Below are positions 49,796 through 58,862 of a stretch of DNA of 64,000 nt, piece after piece (the first letter of the stretch is position 1; every line of letters begins with the position of its first letter). Made by a program: the position numbers and the translations under genes. The notes beneath the pieces are model-generated. The model searched no databases, was not told where the DNA came from, and was given only the letters and a program-made list of their open reading frames with translations. Source of the stretch: an uncultured Gemmatimonadaceae bacterium (GTDB lineage Bacteria > Gemmatimonadota > Gemmatimonadetes > Gemmatimonadales > Gemmatimonadaceae); the NCBI GenBank assembly GCA_963829055.1, contig CAWHHI010000003.1, forward strand, positions 480,001-544,000, written 5' to 3'.

Positions 49796-51145
49796 CGTTC
49801 TCGAAACAGCGAATCTTCCTGAAGTAGGTGGGCAGCTCGTTCCAGACTGTGAATGACCGTCGAGTGATCTCTTCCTCCAAATGCATTGCCGATCTCAACG
49901 AGTTGGAGACCAAGTATCTCACGACACAGGTACATTGCCGCTTGCCGCGGGATGGTAAGAGTCTTTGTCCGAGTTTTCGACTTTAGACCATCTCGATGTG
50001 ACGCCCCACTCCTGGGCGACGGCCTTTTGTATACCGGCTGTGGACAGCTTGAGTGTGGCTGTATCCGCTGTTGAATCGAGACCCTTCAGCTTATCGCGAA
50101 GTGCTTCTCGAACCAGATCAACAGTAATATCCCGATGTTTGAGCGACGCGTAGGCGAGCAATTTTATCACTGAGCCTTCCAATTCCCGCACGCTCGATCG
50201 GACATTTTCTGCGATAAACCGGATGACAGAATCTGGCACCGTCTGTTCGAGGTGATCCATCTGCGATTTGTGCTGTAAAATCGCGATCCGGTGCTCGAGA
50301 TCCGGGAGCTCAATATCGGCGACCATACCCCACTGGAACCGGCTCACCAACCGGGCTTCGATCCCCGGAATATCAGCCGGGGAACGATCGCTGGTCATAA
50401 TGATCTGACGGCCGGCCTCGTACAGTGCATTGAAGGTGTGAAAGAACTCTTCCTGGGTGGCTTCCTTTCCCTTCAGGAAGTGAATGTCGTCGACCAGGAG
50501 TAAATCACTCTCTCGAAATCGCCGGCGAAAGTCCTGTGTCGTACGGCCCTGAATAGACGCGATGTACTCATTCGTGAATTGCTCCGTCCCGATGTAGAGC
50601 ACTCGTACGGCAGCGTTGCGACGCAGGATTTCGTGGGCAACCGCCTGCATCAAATGGGTTTTTCCCAAACCCGTCTCGCCATAGATGAAGAGCGGGTTAT
50701 AGACTTTTCCGGGAGCTTGGGCTACTGCATCGGCTGCTGCGTACGCCAACTCATTCGATTTGCCAATTACGAAATGATCGAATGTGTACCGCGAGCTTAA
50801 TGGCGCGGTGCTGTTGTTGGTACCGTTTTGTACTGGCTTGATGAGCTGTGCCTGAGGCGCGACAAAGAGATCCATCTGAGATCGGCGCTTCCGATCCTCA
50901 TGGACGCGGAAGACAACACGAAGCGGATGTCCAAGCGCGATTGGGGCGAGATTCGCGAGCAGCTCGGAATGTTTCGAGTCATTCCAATCTGCGGCAAACT
51001 GATCTGGGGTGCCGACGTATATCGTTTTTCCGTCGAACTCGAGAGCTTCTGTTGGCTCAAGCCAGGTCTTAAACGTCTGTTCCGAAATCTCTTGGCGAGC
51101 TCTGTCAAGGATTCTCGACCAGACTTCCGGGGCTGACAAGCTCAT
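49753..51145 (-). CDS. dnaA: Replication initiator DnaA; +1 frame break near 49993 in domain IV, almost surely a sequencing error
   Basis: YTFDHFVIG, YNPLFIYG..GLGKTHL, LLVDDI, TQEEFFH, VRELEG; after shift PRQAAMYL, FGGRDHSTV. Confidence 0.97.
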
Positions 51146-51149
51146 GCGA

Positions 51150-51199
51150 TGTTGATAAACTGGGGCGGCGAAGCTACGGGTGCCATGTGGAAAAGTCAA
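51150..51199 (-). promoter_or_regulatory. dnaA promoter with two DnaA boxes
   Basis: TTGACT(51199-94)-17 nt-TAGCTT(51176-71); TTTTCCACA (51194-86) in the spacer and TTATCAACA (51158-50) in the leader. Confidence 0.7.
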
Positions 51200-51232
51200 A
51201 TTGCTTGCCCGGCGATTCCGGTGTCTCTGGGC

Positions 51233-51261
51233 TTGATCTATCTCCAATGCCTGAATAGATT
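51233..51261 (+). promoter_or_regulatory. rpmH operon promoter
   Basis: TTGATC-17 nt-TAGATT. Confidence 0.6.
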
Positions 51262-51330
51262 TGCGGTTCTTTTCCTGATGTTTTGGTCTCAGTAGCTCGT
51301 CATAACAAAAAGAGCAGATTGGAGCTTTAA

Positions 51331-51495
51331 ATGGGTAAGCCGACGTACCGTCCTCGGAATAAGCGCCGAATCCGCACCCATGGATTCCGAGCTCGTATGG
51401 AAACGAAATGGGGTCGCGCGGTTCTCAGTCGGCGGCGCAAGAAGGGGCGCCAGCGGTTGACCGTCAAGCTTCCGACCAAGTACGCAGCCGCCTAA
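51331..51495 (+). CDS. rpmH: 50S ribosomal protein L34 (not in ORF track)
   Basis: Hand translation [60 protein letters not shown]. Confidence 0.97.
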   Translation: MGKPTYRPRNKRRIRTHGFRARMETKWGRAVLSRRRKKGRQRLTVKLPTKYAAA

Positions 51496-51499
51496 CGGG

Positions 51500-51844
51500 C
51501 TTCGATTCCCGCGCGGCCAGCGGATAACGCGGGGCGCTGACCTTCAGCGTGCCGCAATAAAGGGGAAGCGCTTTCGGACCAAACATCTCGAGGTCCGAAT
51601 TCTCGCTTCCCCTCTGCCTCATCCGCGGGTTGGGTTCATCGTGCCCAAGTTCGGGCATTCTTCCGTCGAACGAAATCGACTCAAACGTCAGCTTCGCGAG
51701 ATCGTTCGAACGCGCATACTGGGAAACCTTCCCGCACTCGATGTCGTGATTCGTATACGACCGAGTACCTACCACACGCAATTCTCGGTGCTCGTCGACG
51801 AACTGGGCGAAAGCGCCAGAGTTGCTCGGGAGTATGCTCCGTGA
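51500..51844 (+). CDS. rnpA: RNase P protein; start codon not identifiable
   Basis: In-frame [16 protein letters not shown]...[26 protein letters not shown] (RNR motif); between rpmH and yidD. Confidence 0.9.
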   Translation, partial: LRFPRGQRITRGADLQRAAIKGKRFRTKHLEVRILASPLPHPRVGFIVPKFGHSSVERNRLKRQLREIVRTRILGNLPALDVVIRIRPSTYHTQFSVLVDELGESARVAREYAP

Positions 51845-52056
51845 TCGCCAAGCGGATCCTCGTAGCAGGGGTTCGATTCTATCAGCTGGCGCTCTCGCCG
51901 CTACTGCCGGCGTCATGCCGCTACTTTCCAACTTGCTCAGCCTATTCAATCGAGGCGCTGGAACGACACGGTGCTCTTCGAGGAACATGGCTGACGATCC
52001 GTCGTATCGCGCGGTGCCATCCCCTTCACGCTGGTGGCTATGATCCGGTCCCGTAA
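51841..52056 (+). CDS. yidD: Membrane protein insertion efficiency factor
   Basis: [24 protein letters not shown]. Confidence 0.96.
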   Translation: MIAKRILVAGVRFYQLALSPLLPASCRYFPTCSAYSIEALERHGALRGTWLTIRRIARCHPLHAGGYDPVP

Positions 52057-52085
52057 CCTCGGTTTCGTGATCAGGCCTGGACGCA

Positions 52086-53792
52086 ATGGACAAACGGTTT
52101 CTACTCGCACTCATACTGACGGCGGTGGTGGTCATTGCAACGCCGTGGCTCTTTGGAACACAGTCGTCGCTCACCAATACCAAGACCGGCACTGGCGTCC
52201 CGAAAGCTGACTCCAGCAATCGCGCCGGCTCAATTCCGACAGCGGTTCCCGTAGAGCGGGACACATCCAGACCAGCGGTGGCGAGTACGCCTGCTGCTGA
52301 GAATGTGCCTGCTACATCCACTGCCGCCGTCCCGGAGACGACGGTCGTCTCCACGCCCTTGGCCAACTACCGATTCAGCAGTCTGGGAGCGATGCCGCTC
52401 TCGGTCGAACTGAAATCGTACAAGGCGCTGGACGGCTCAAAGCAGAATGTCCGCCTGGGAAGCGCGTCGAACCATCTCCTGGCGTACCGATTGTTTCTGC
52501 CAGGTGACACCATCGCGCTGAGCACAGTGCCGTTCAGTGTGGAGCAATCGCGTTCCGCAACGGGCTCGGATGTGCTGACGTACCGAGCCGCTATTGCCGG
52601 AGCGGCACTGACGATTCGTTATGCATTTGCTCCCGACAGTTACCTCGTACGAATCTCTGGCGAGGTGCAGCATCCATCGGCGCCGAATGGCTTTCTTGCC
52701 ATCGAGATGCCGTCGAATCTGCATTCGTCTGAAGCCGATTCACTCGACGATCAACAGCACCTGGCGTACGCGGTCAAACCGCAACGTGAGAACGCCCGAG
52801 GAATTCCGTTCAGCAAGCTCGATCCCGGCGAGCGTCGTCTGGAGTCCGGACCGATCACGTGGGTTGCCGCGAAAAACAAATACTTCATTGTCGGACTCCT
52901 GACTCCAAATGGGGGAGTTCCGTTTGCAGAAGTCGGTGTTACCGGTGGTCCTCGAACGGGTAAACGCGCGACACGCGCCGCAGCTCTCGCGGTCGAGCCC
53001 CTTCGAAACGGCGCATTCGCCTTCGAGCTCTACACAGGACCGCAGGAGTGGCGTCGGCTCCTAGCCATCGGTCGCGATTTCGAGAACTCGAATCCGTATG
53101 GCGGTTTCTTGCAGGGCGTCGTGCAGCCATTCGCGACGATCGTCATGCGCATCCTGCTCTGGATGCGAGCAACCCTGAACCTGAGTTATGGGTGGGTGCT
53201 CGTGACGTTCGGAGTTGCCGTTAGGCTCCTGCTCTGGCCGCTGAATCAGAAAGCGATGCGGACGAGCATGAAGATGAGTCGTGTGCAGCCGGAACTCGCG
53301 GAAATTCAGAAGCGCTACAAGTCGGATCCGCAGCGTATGCAGTCAGAGATCATGCGCGTGTACAAGGAGCACGGAATGAGTCCGTTCAGCTCGCTGTCCG
53401 GATGTCTACCGATGCTGCTCCCGATGCCGATTTTGTTCGCGCTGTTCTTCGTATTTCAAAACACGATCGAATTTCGTGGCGTGCCGTTCTTATGGCTTGC
53501 CGATATCTCGCTGAAGGATCCGTTCTACATCGTGCCCATTCTCATGGGCGTGTCGATGTTCGCGCTATCGATCATCGGCATGCGTAACTCGCCGCCGAAT
53601 CCACAGGCGAAGATGATGGCGTACGTGCTGCCAGTGATGATGACCGTGTTCTTCTTCAACCTCGCGTCAGGGCTCAACCTCTACTACGCCGTCCAGAATC
53701 TCACTGCGATTCCACAGCAGTGGCTGATCTCGAACGAGCGCGGGAAGAACGCCAGCAAGAATGTGGGAGCACCAGCAGCCGTGCGGACGTAG
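52086..53792 (+). CDS. yidC: Membrane protein insertase
   Basis: N-terminal TM, periplasmic domain, YGW, VRLLLWPL, GCLPML, FLWLADIS..DP, SGLNLYY. Confidence 0.97.
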   Translation: MDKRFLLALILTAVVVIATPWLFGTQSSLTNTKTGTGVPKADSSNRAGSIPTAVPVERDTSRPAVASTPAAENVPATSTAAVPETTVVSTPLANYRFSSLGAMPLSVELKSYKALDGSKQNVRLGSASNHLLAYRLFLPGDTIALSTVPFSVEQSRSATGSDVLTYRAAIAGAALTIRYAFAPDSYLVRISGEVQHPSAPNGFLAIEMPSNLHSSEADSLDDQQHLAYAVKPQRENARGIPFSKLDPGERRLESGPITWVAAKNKYFIVGLLTPNGGVPFAEVGVTGGPRTGKRATRAAALAVEPLRNGAFAFELYTGPQEWRRLLAIGRDFENSNPYGGFLQGVVQPFATIVMRILLWMRATLNLSYGWVLVTFGVAVRLLLWPLNQKAMRTSMKMSRVQPELAEIQKRYKSDPQRMQSEIMRVYKEHGMSPFSSLSGCLPMLLPMPILFALFFVFQNTIEFRGVPFLWLADISLKDPFYIVPILMGVSMFALSIIGMRNSPPNPQAKMMAYVLPVMMTVFFFNLASGLNLYYAVQNLTAIPQQWLISNERGKNASKNVGAPAAVRT

Positions 53793-53849
53793 TACAACAT
53801 TGTTGCTCCGTCCGGCCGCTGGTGTCAGACCTGCAAGGGAAGAGAGTCG

Positions 53850-54665
53850 ATGCGGATTACATACATCGGCCACGCGACTCTTCTGATCGAACTCGGTGAG
53901 CGACGATTCCTCACCGATCCCAACTTCGACGACACCCTTGGGCGCTTCCTCCCAAGGGTCAGCAAGCCAGGCATCGCGCTGTCCGAGTTGCCCGAGCTCG
54001 ATGGGATCCTGCTGACGCATGCGCATGCGGATCACCTGTCGTTTCGATCGCTGGCCAAACTGCCGCGCAATATTCCGCTCTTCGCCCCGCCGGCGGTCGC
54101 CACCTGGCTGATTCGGCTCGGATACTCCCACGCCCGCCCGCTGCCCGCTGACGGACAGGTCGGTGTCGGTGATGTGGTCATTCACGCTGCAGCGGCAACA
54201 CACGAAGGCAGTCGCTATTCGGTCGACAGATGGCGAAGTGCCGCGAACATGTATCTGCTGGATGCGGGCGCGGAAACCTGTTTCTTCGCTGGCGACACCG
54301 GCCTAATGCCGGATACGGATCGCGTCGTGCGCGAGATCATCCACGACACCGGCCGTGAGCTCGACGTCGCACTGCTGCCGATCGGATATGCACCGTGGTG
54401 GAAACCCGGATTTCGACGCGGACACCTGAGCGCCGCCGACGCGCTGCAGCTGTTCGACCGACTGCGGGCGCGTTACTTCATCCCGTACCACTGGGGTACG
54501 TTCAACCACGTGACATCTGGGGCGTACGACGCGATCAATAGATTGAAGTCACTACTACCCGCGTACCGCCGGCGCACGGATGTTCGCATCCTGGAACCTG
54601 GCAATGTCCTCGAGCACCGCCCCGTCCAGGCAAACGAACAGCGTGCGAATACCGCTCCCGGGTGA
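53850..54665 (+). CDS. MBL-fold metallo-hydrolase (RomA/NAPE-PLD-like)
   Basis: YIGHAT, LTDP, THAHADH, FAGDT, LPIG, PYHWGTF. Confidence 0.88.
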   Translation: MRITYIGHATLLIELGERRFLTDPNFDDTLGRFLPRVSKPGIALSELPELDGILLTHAHADHLSFRSLAKLPRNIPLFAPPAVATWLIRLGYSHARPLPADGQVGVGDVVIHAAAATHEGSRYSVDRWRSAANMYLLDAGAETCFFAGDTGLMPDTDRVVREIIHDTGRELDVALLPIGYAPWWKPGFRRGHLSAADALQLFDRLRARYFIPYHWGTFNHVTSGAYDAINRLKSLLPAYRRRTDVRILEPGNVLEHRPVQANEQRANTAPG

Positions 54666-56019
54666 AGACGAAACGATCGTCGCTCTATCGACAGCTCCCG
54701 GGCGGAGTGCGATTGCGGTCGTTCGTCTCTCCGGTGCTGCAGCGTTTGCCGTCGCGGAGAGAATCGTCCATCCATGGCCACTGGAGCCGCGACGTGCGGT
54801 GCTGTGCCGTGTTTCGGACGCGGCCGACAAGACGCTGATCGATCATGCTGTCGTCTCGTCTTTTCCGGCACCACGGTCATACACAGGCGAGGATGTCGTC
54901 GAATTCTCGAGCCATGGCGGACACGCTGTCCCCGATGCGCTCATAGGAGCACTCCTCCGTGCGGGGGCGCGGGAAGCACATCCGGGTGAGTTCACGAGAC
55001 GTGCGCTGCTCAACGGCAAGCTCGATCTCGTGCAAGCCGAAGCGATCGGTGATCTGATCGACGCGTCTTCGGAAAGCATGCGCCGACTGGTGTTACACCA
55101 GTTGGATGGCGGGCTCTCTCGTCAGATTTCAGAAGTACGGAGTCGTCTCCTCGACCTCGAAGCGCTGCTCGCGTACGACATCGACTTTCCCGACGAAGAC
55201 CACGGGCCGCTCAACCGCACGAGAATCAGCGACGCTGCAGATGCCGTGCGGACGGCGTTGAGACTTCTGCTCGATACAGCTCCCGCTACGGAACTCGTGC
55301 GAGACGGAGCCATTGTCGTGATCGCCGGCCGACCCAACGTTGGGAAATCATCACTGTTCAACGCGATAGTGGGCGAGATGCGCGCGATCGTCACCGATAT
55401 TCCGGGCACGACGCGAGACGCCATCGAAAGCCGAGTGCAGCTGAACGATTGGCCGGTTCGCCTCGTGGACACGGCGGGTCTGCGAGTAACAGACGAGCTC
55501 GTAGAGCGACTCGGCATCGAAGTCAGTGAGCGTTACCTCGCGAGTGCGCACGCTGTGATCGCCTGCGACGACAACGCCGAGCTTCTCCGTCAAACCGTCG
55601 CGTCGGTTCAGACACTCTCCTCGGCGCCCGTGGTTCCCGTGCTCACCAAGTCTGATCGAGATGCTGGTTCAGCAAGCGCAGCAGTGGGCGGCGGACACCA
55701 GCCGGTCCGTGTCAGCGCTCACACGCGAGACGGAATTCAACCGCTCGCGTCGCGGATCGACGCGCTCTTGAGTGACCGCTACGGAACCATCCCAACGACG
55801 CGGCCCGCGCTGACGCGTGCGCGGCAGCGCATTGCAGTCGAGCGAGCGCTGAACGAGCTCGACGCATTTCGCGAACACTGGATAAGCGAGGCACTGCCCG
55901 CATCGGTGGCCGCCGTGCACATCAGAGCGGCTGTGTCCGCGCTCGACGAGCTCATCGGCGCAGTGGATGTCGATGACGTACTGGGCCGCTTATTCGCGAC
56001 GTTCTGCATTGGGAAATAA
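54643..56019 (+). CDS. mnmE: tRNA modification GTPase
   Basis: [41 protein letters not shown], terminal FCIGK; GTG at 54643. Confidence 0.97.
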   Translation: MRIPLPGEDETIVALSTAPGRSAIAVVRLSGAAAFAVAERIVHPWPLEPRRAVLCRVSDAADKTLIDHAVVSSFPAPRSYTGEDVVEFSSHGGHAVPDALIGALLRAGAREAHPGEFTRRALLNGKLDLVQAEAIGDLIDASSESMRRLVLHQLDGGLSRQISEVRSRLLDLEALLAYDIDFPDEDHGPLNRTRISDAADAVRTALRLLLDTAPATELVRDGAIVVIAGRPNVGKSSLFNAIVGEMRAIVTDIPGTTRDAIESRVQLNDWPVRLVDTAGLRVTDELVERLGIEVSERYLASAHAVIACDDNAELLRQTVASVQTLSSAPVVPVLTKSDRDAGSASAAVGGGHQPVRVSAHTRDGIQPLASRIDALLSDRYGTIPTTRPALTRARQRIAVERALNELDAFREHWISEALPASVAAVHIRAAVSALDELIGAVDVDDVLGRLFATFCIGK

Positions 56020-56079
56020 CCGCGTCGCCGTGACGCTCTGTGCTGACTTGCCTCGAGCTTCGCGCGCTCGGGTCTCTCG

Positions 56080-57018
56080 TTATGCAGTCGCCGCCGCCGC
56101 TTCCGCGATCGCGAAAATCTCAGACGCGCTTGCCCTCACGGCCCAGTCTGCCCCGCGCGTGGAGAACGCGGCCTCGGTCATGCGCGCGCCAAGGTAGTAG
56201 CCGCTACGCTCGGGCATGACGTAACGGTCGATCGTTCGCGCTTCGTCGCTCATTCCGCCGGAGAGGTAACGAAGCCGTAGTCCGAGTCCTGCGCGGTCGA
56301 GATCTTCGGACGCTGCGCGGGCAATAACCGGCTCGAGCTCGCGAATACGCGCGTACTGGCGGCGGCCGTAGCCGTAGTACTCCCACACGGCGTGTCCTGG
56401 ACTGATCGCGCGCGATGTCTGGACAGCGAGTCCTTCGTTGATGAGGAGCTCGCGCAGACTCGCCCGACGGCCCGTCTCCCAGTAGGAGTAATAGCCGTTC
56501 GCCTCGTCTACGAGGCGTCGAATTTCACTCCGACTCTTTGGCGACGTGTAGCGCACTGCGTGCGTGATCTCGTGTGCCAGCCAGAGCGGAATCAGTTCCG
56601 GCTCCAGCCCCAGTCCCTGAGTCTCCGGGTTCGCTACGCTGGTGAAATGTTCGAGGCACACGAACGCAGTGCCTCGCCCGTCGACGACGAGCTCACCCGC
56701 GTTTGCCGCACCGACGCCCACCATGAGGACGACATCGATATCGGCATCGTACTCGAGCAGAGCACCACATTGTGCTTCGGTCGAGCGGGCGAGTGATACC
56801 ACATCGGTTCGCTCGAGCATGGCGCGCAGATCTGAACGATCGGCAAGCGCTGCCAGTTGTACCACGTCTCGAAAGTGGGGACCGTCGGGATCGAGAACGT
56901 AGTTGTGCCAGTAGGCTTCGAGCAGACGCCGATGAGTTTCGAAATAGCGGTGGTAGGCAGCGACGCGATCAGTGCTATTGAGGACAGCAAAGAAATCAGG
57001 TAGCAGATTGATCAGCAT
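56080..57018 (-). CDS. Putative zinc metalloprotease (DUF2268-like)
   Basis: HEITH followed by LINEGLA; GYYLG near C-terminus. Confidence 0.7.
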   Translation of the reverse strand: MLINLLPDFFAVLNSTDRVAAYHRYFETHRRLLEAYWHNYVLDPDGPHFRDVVQLAALADRSDLRAMLERTDVVSLARSTEAQCGALLEYDADIDVVLMVGVGAANAGELVVDGRGTAFVCLEHFTSVANPETQGLGLEPELIPLWLAHEITHAVRYTSPKSRSEIRRLVDEANGYYSYWETGRRASLRELLINEGLAVQTSRAISPGHAVWEYYGYGRRQYARIRELEPVIARAASEDLDRAGLGLRLRYLSGGMSDEARTIDRYVMPERSGYYLGARMTEAAFSTRGADWAVRASASEIFAIAEAAAATA

Positions 57019-57204
57019 CTCAGCCTGAGCGCGGGGAGCGGCGCGATCCTTCCGGCGTCACGGCGGGCAAGATAGTGATGCCGGCTAACACGAACAAGAG
57101 AGAGCACCGCGGCAACATGGCACAAATATTTCCTACCCTTGCTGGTGCGTTTACGCGTCAGGCAGAAAAGAGATCGAAGAAAGGTGCAGTCGAGGTGCAA
57201 CGCG

Positions 57205-57858
57205 ATGACAACGTTACAGCAGATCGAACTTCACTGCCCGATATGTGACTCGACGTTCCGCTCGCAGGCGGTGGTGTCGACGAACTCGTTCGGCGGCAAG
57301 CGAACGGACTTTCACGAACGCGCAGCAGGCACGCAGCCGCTGCCCTATCTCGTTCACACGTGCAGCCGTTGCGGGTACTCCGGAGCGGAGCGCGATTTCA
57401 GCGAGGAGGCGGAAGTCACGCCGATGCTTCGCGAGCACGTGTGGAACGAGCTGACACCGCGCCTTCCGACCGAAGCACTTTCGGGTTCCGAGAAGTACGA
57501 GCTCGCAGCGAAGATCGCTGAATGGCAGTCGATGGAGCCACGTCACATTGCCGATCTGCTGCTTCGTGCTGCGTGGTGCTGCGTGGACGAATCGGATCTC
57601 GAGGCCGAGCGATATTTCCGTCGAAAGGCTGCGTGGATGTTGGAACGCGCGCTCGACAGCTACGACGGCGTGTCCACGGAAGAGCGTGCCGTGCTGACGT
57701 ATCTCGTCGGCGAACTATGGCGCCGTGTTGGCGACGTGACGCTCGCGACCGCGTGGTTCAACCGCGTGCCACCAGAGATTTCAGACGCGCAAACGCAGCA
57801 ATGGATACTCGACGCGGCGCGACAGCAGCGCGATTGCCCGCGGGAGTGGTTCGGATAA
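57205..57858 (+). CDS. DUF2225-like zinc-finger/helical-repeat protein
   Basis: CPIC ... TDF ... CSRCGY, LLLRAAW, YLVGELWRRVG; GAGGTG SD. Confidence 0.75.
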   Translation: MTTLQQIELHCPICDSTFRSQAVVSTNSFGGKRTDFHERAAGTQPLPYLVHTCSRCGYSGAERDFSEEAEVTPMLREHVWNELTPRLPTEALSGSEKYELAAKIAEWQSMEPRHIADLLLRAAWCCVDESDLEAERYFRRKAAWMLERALDSYDGVSTEERAVLTYLVGELWRRVGDVTLATAWFNRVPPEISDAQTQQWILDAARQQRDCPREWFG

Positions 57859-57878
57859 CGACGTTGCTGGTGTGGCGA

Positions 57879-58526
57879 CTACCGCGTACCGAATAGTCGG
57901 TCGCCGGCGTCGCCGAGTCCGGGCAGGATATAGCCCTGTGCGTTGAGCTCACGATCGAGCGCGGCGCAGTAGATCTGTACGTCTGGATGTGCTGCGCCGA
58001 GACGTCGTACGCCTTCCGGGGCGGCGACGAGACACAGGAACCGGATGCGTGCACTGCCGGCGCGCTTCAGTGAGCTGACCGCGGATACTGCGCTGCCGCC
58101 CGTCGCGAGCATTGGATCGAGCACGAAGAAATCCCGCTCGGCCGCGTCGCTCGGCACTTTGAAGTAGTAGTCGACGGGTTCCAGCGTGTCGTGATCGCGG
58201 TACAGGCCCACGTGCCCGACGCGTGCCGATGGGACGAGTCGAAGAATGCCTTCTACCATCCCGAGGCCCGCGCGCAGGATCGGAACGAGTGTGAGCTTCT
58301 TTCCGCTCACCTGATAACCCGTGGCCTGTTCGAGTGGCGTCTGCACTGTCACCGGGTCGAGTGACAACTCGGCGGTCGCCTCGTAGGCCATCAACATCGC
58401 GATCTCGTCGACGAGCTCCTTGAAGATCTTCGTCGGTGTCCGCCGATCGCGCAGCAATGTGATCTTGTGCTGCACGAGCGGATGACGCACCAGCGTCAAG
58501 TTCGCGAACGGAGGGGTGGTGGCCAT
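57879..58526 (-). CDS. upp: Uracil phosphoribosyltransferase
   Basis: [39 protein letters not shown]. Confidence 0.97.
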   Translation of the reverse strand: MATTPPFANLTLVRHPLVQHKITLLRDRRTPTKIFKELVDEIAMLMAYEATAELSLDPVTVQTPLEQATGYQVSGKKLTLVPILRAGLGMVEGILRLVPSARVGHVGLYRDHDTLEPVDYYFKVPSDAAERDFFVLDPMLATGGSAVSAVSSLKRAGSARIRFLCLVAAPEGVRRLGAAHPDVQIYCAALDRELNAQGYILPGLGDAGDRLFGTR

Positions 58527-58553
58527 GGGCGGGAAGCTACTATCTTCGCGCCC
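58527..58553. promoter_or_regulatory. Putative back-to-back -10 elements of two leaderless genes
   Basis: CAT-GGGCGGG-AAGCTA-C-TATCTT-CGCGCCC-ATG. Confidence 0.6.
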
Positions 58554-58733
58554 ATGAAAGAATACCAGGCGGTCATCCACCGACTGACCCGACACACGCG
58601 TGAAGATGAGGATGCGCTCACCGATCTACTCAACGAGCGGATGCGCGGTGGTTGGGAGCCCACGATGATGTCACAGGACGAGCAGCGCCTCACCATCATT
58701 TTTCAGCGCGAGACAGACACCGAACGATCCTGA
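58554..58733 (+). CDS. Small protein, DUF4177-like (59 aa)
   Basis: MKEYQ...[11 protein letters not shown]...IIFQR pattern. Confidence 0.65.
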   Translation: MKEYQAVIHRLTRHTREDEDALTDLLNERMRGGWEPTMMSQDEQRLTIIFQRETDTERS

Positions 58734-58862
58734 TCGCCTTTGCAGAACAGCTCGGACGTGCTTCACACACGCCACATGCGTTTCTGCGATGAAGACTGCC
58801 GCGAGGGCAAAGCGCACAGGGCGCACCCTAACGCGAACCAGGTCACCATCACCGAGTGAATC

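Larger units (their letters stand above)
587..58833. repeat. Dispersed octamer GCCTAACG / CGTTAGGC
   Basis: 33 hand-counted CCTAACG copies on both strands, 28 with the 5' G; positions listed in findings. Confidence 0.8.

Noticed and set aside
49919..49994. dnaA as a pseudogene or programmed frameshift
   Set aside because: Domain IV is intact in the next frame, there is no slippery site, and the same +1 pattern recurs in unrelated genes
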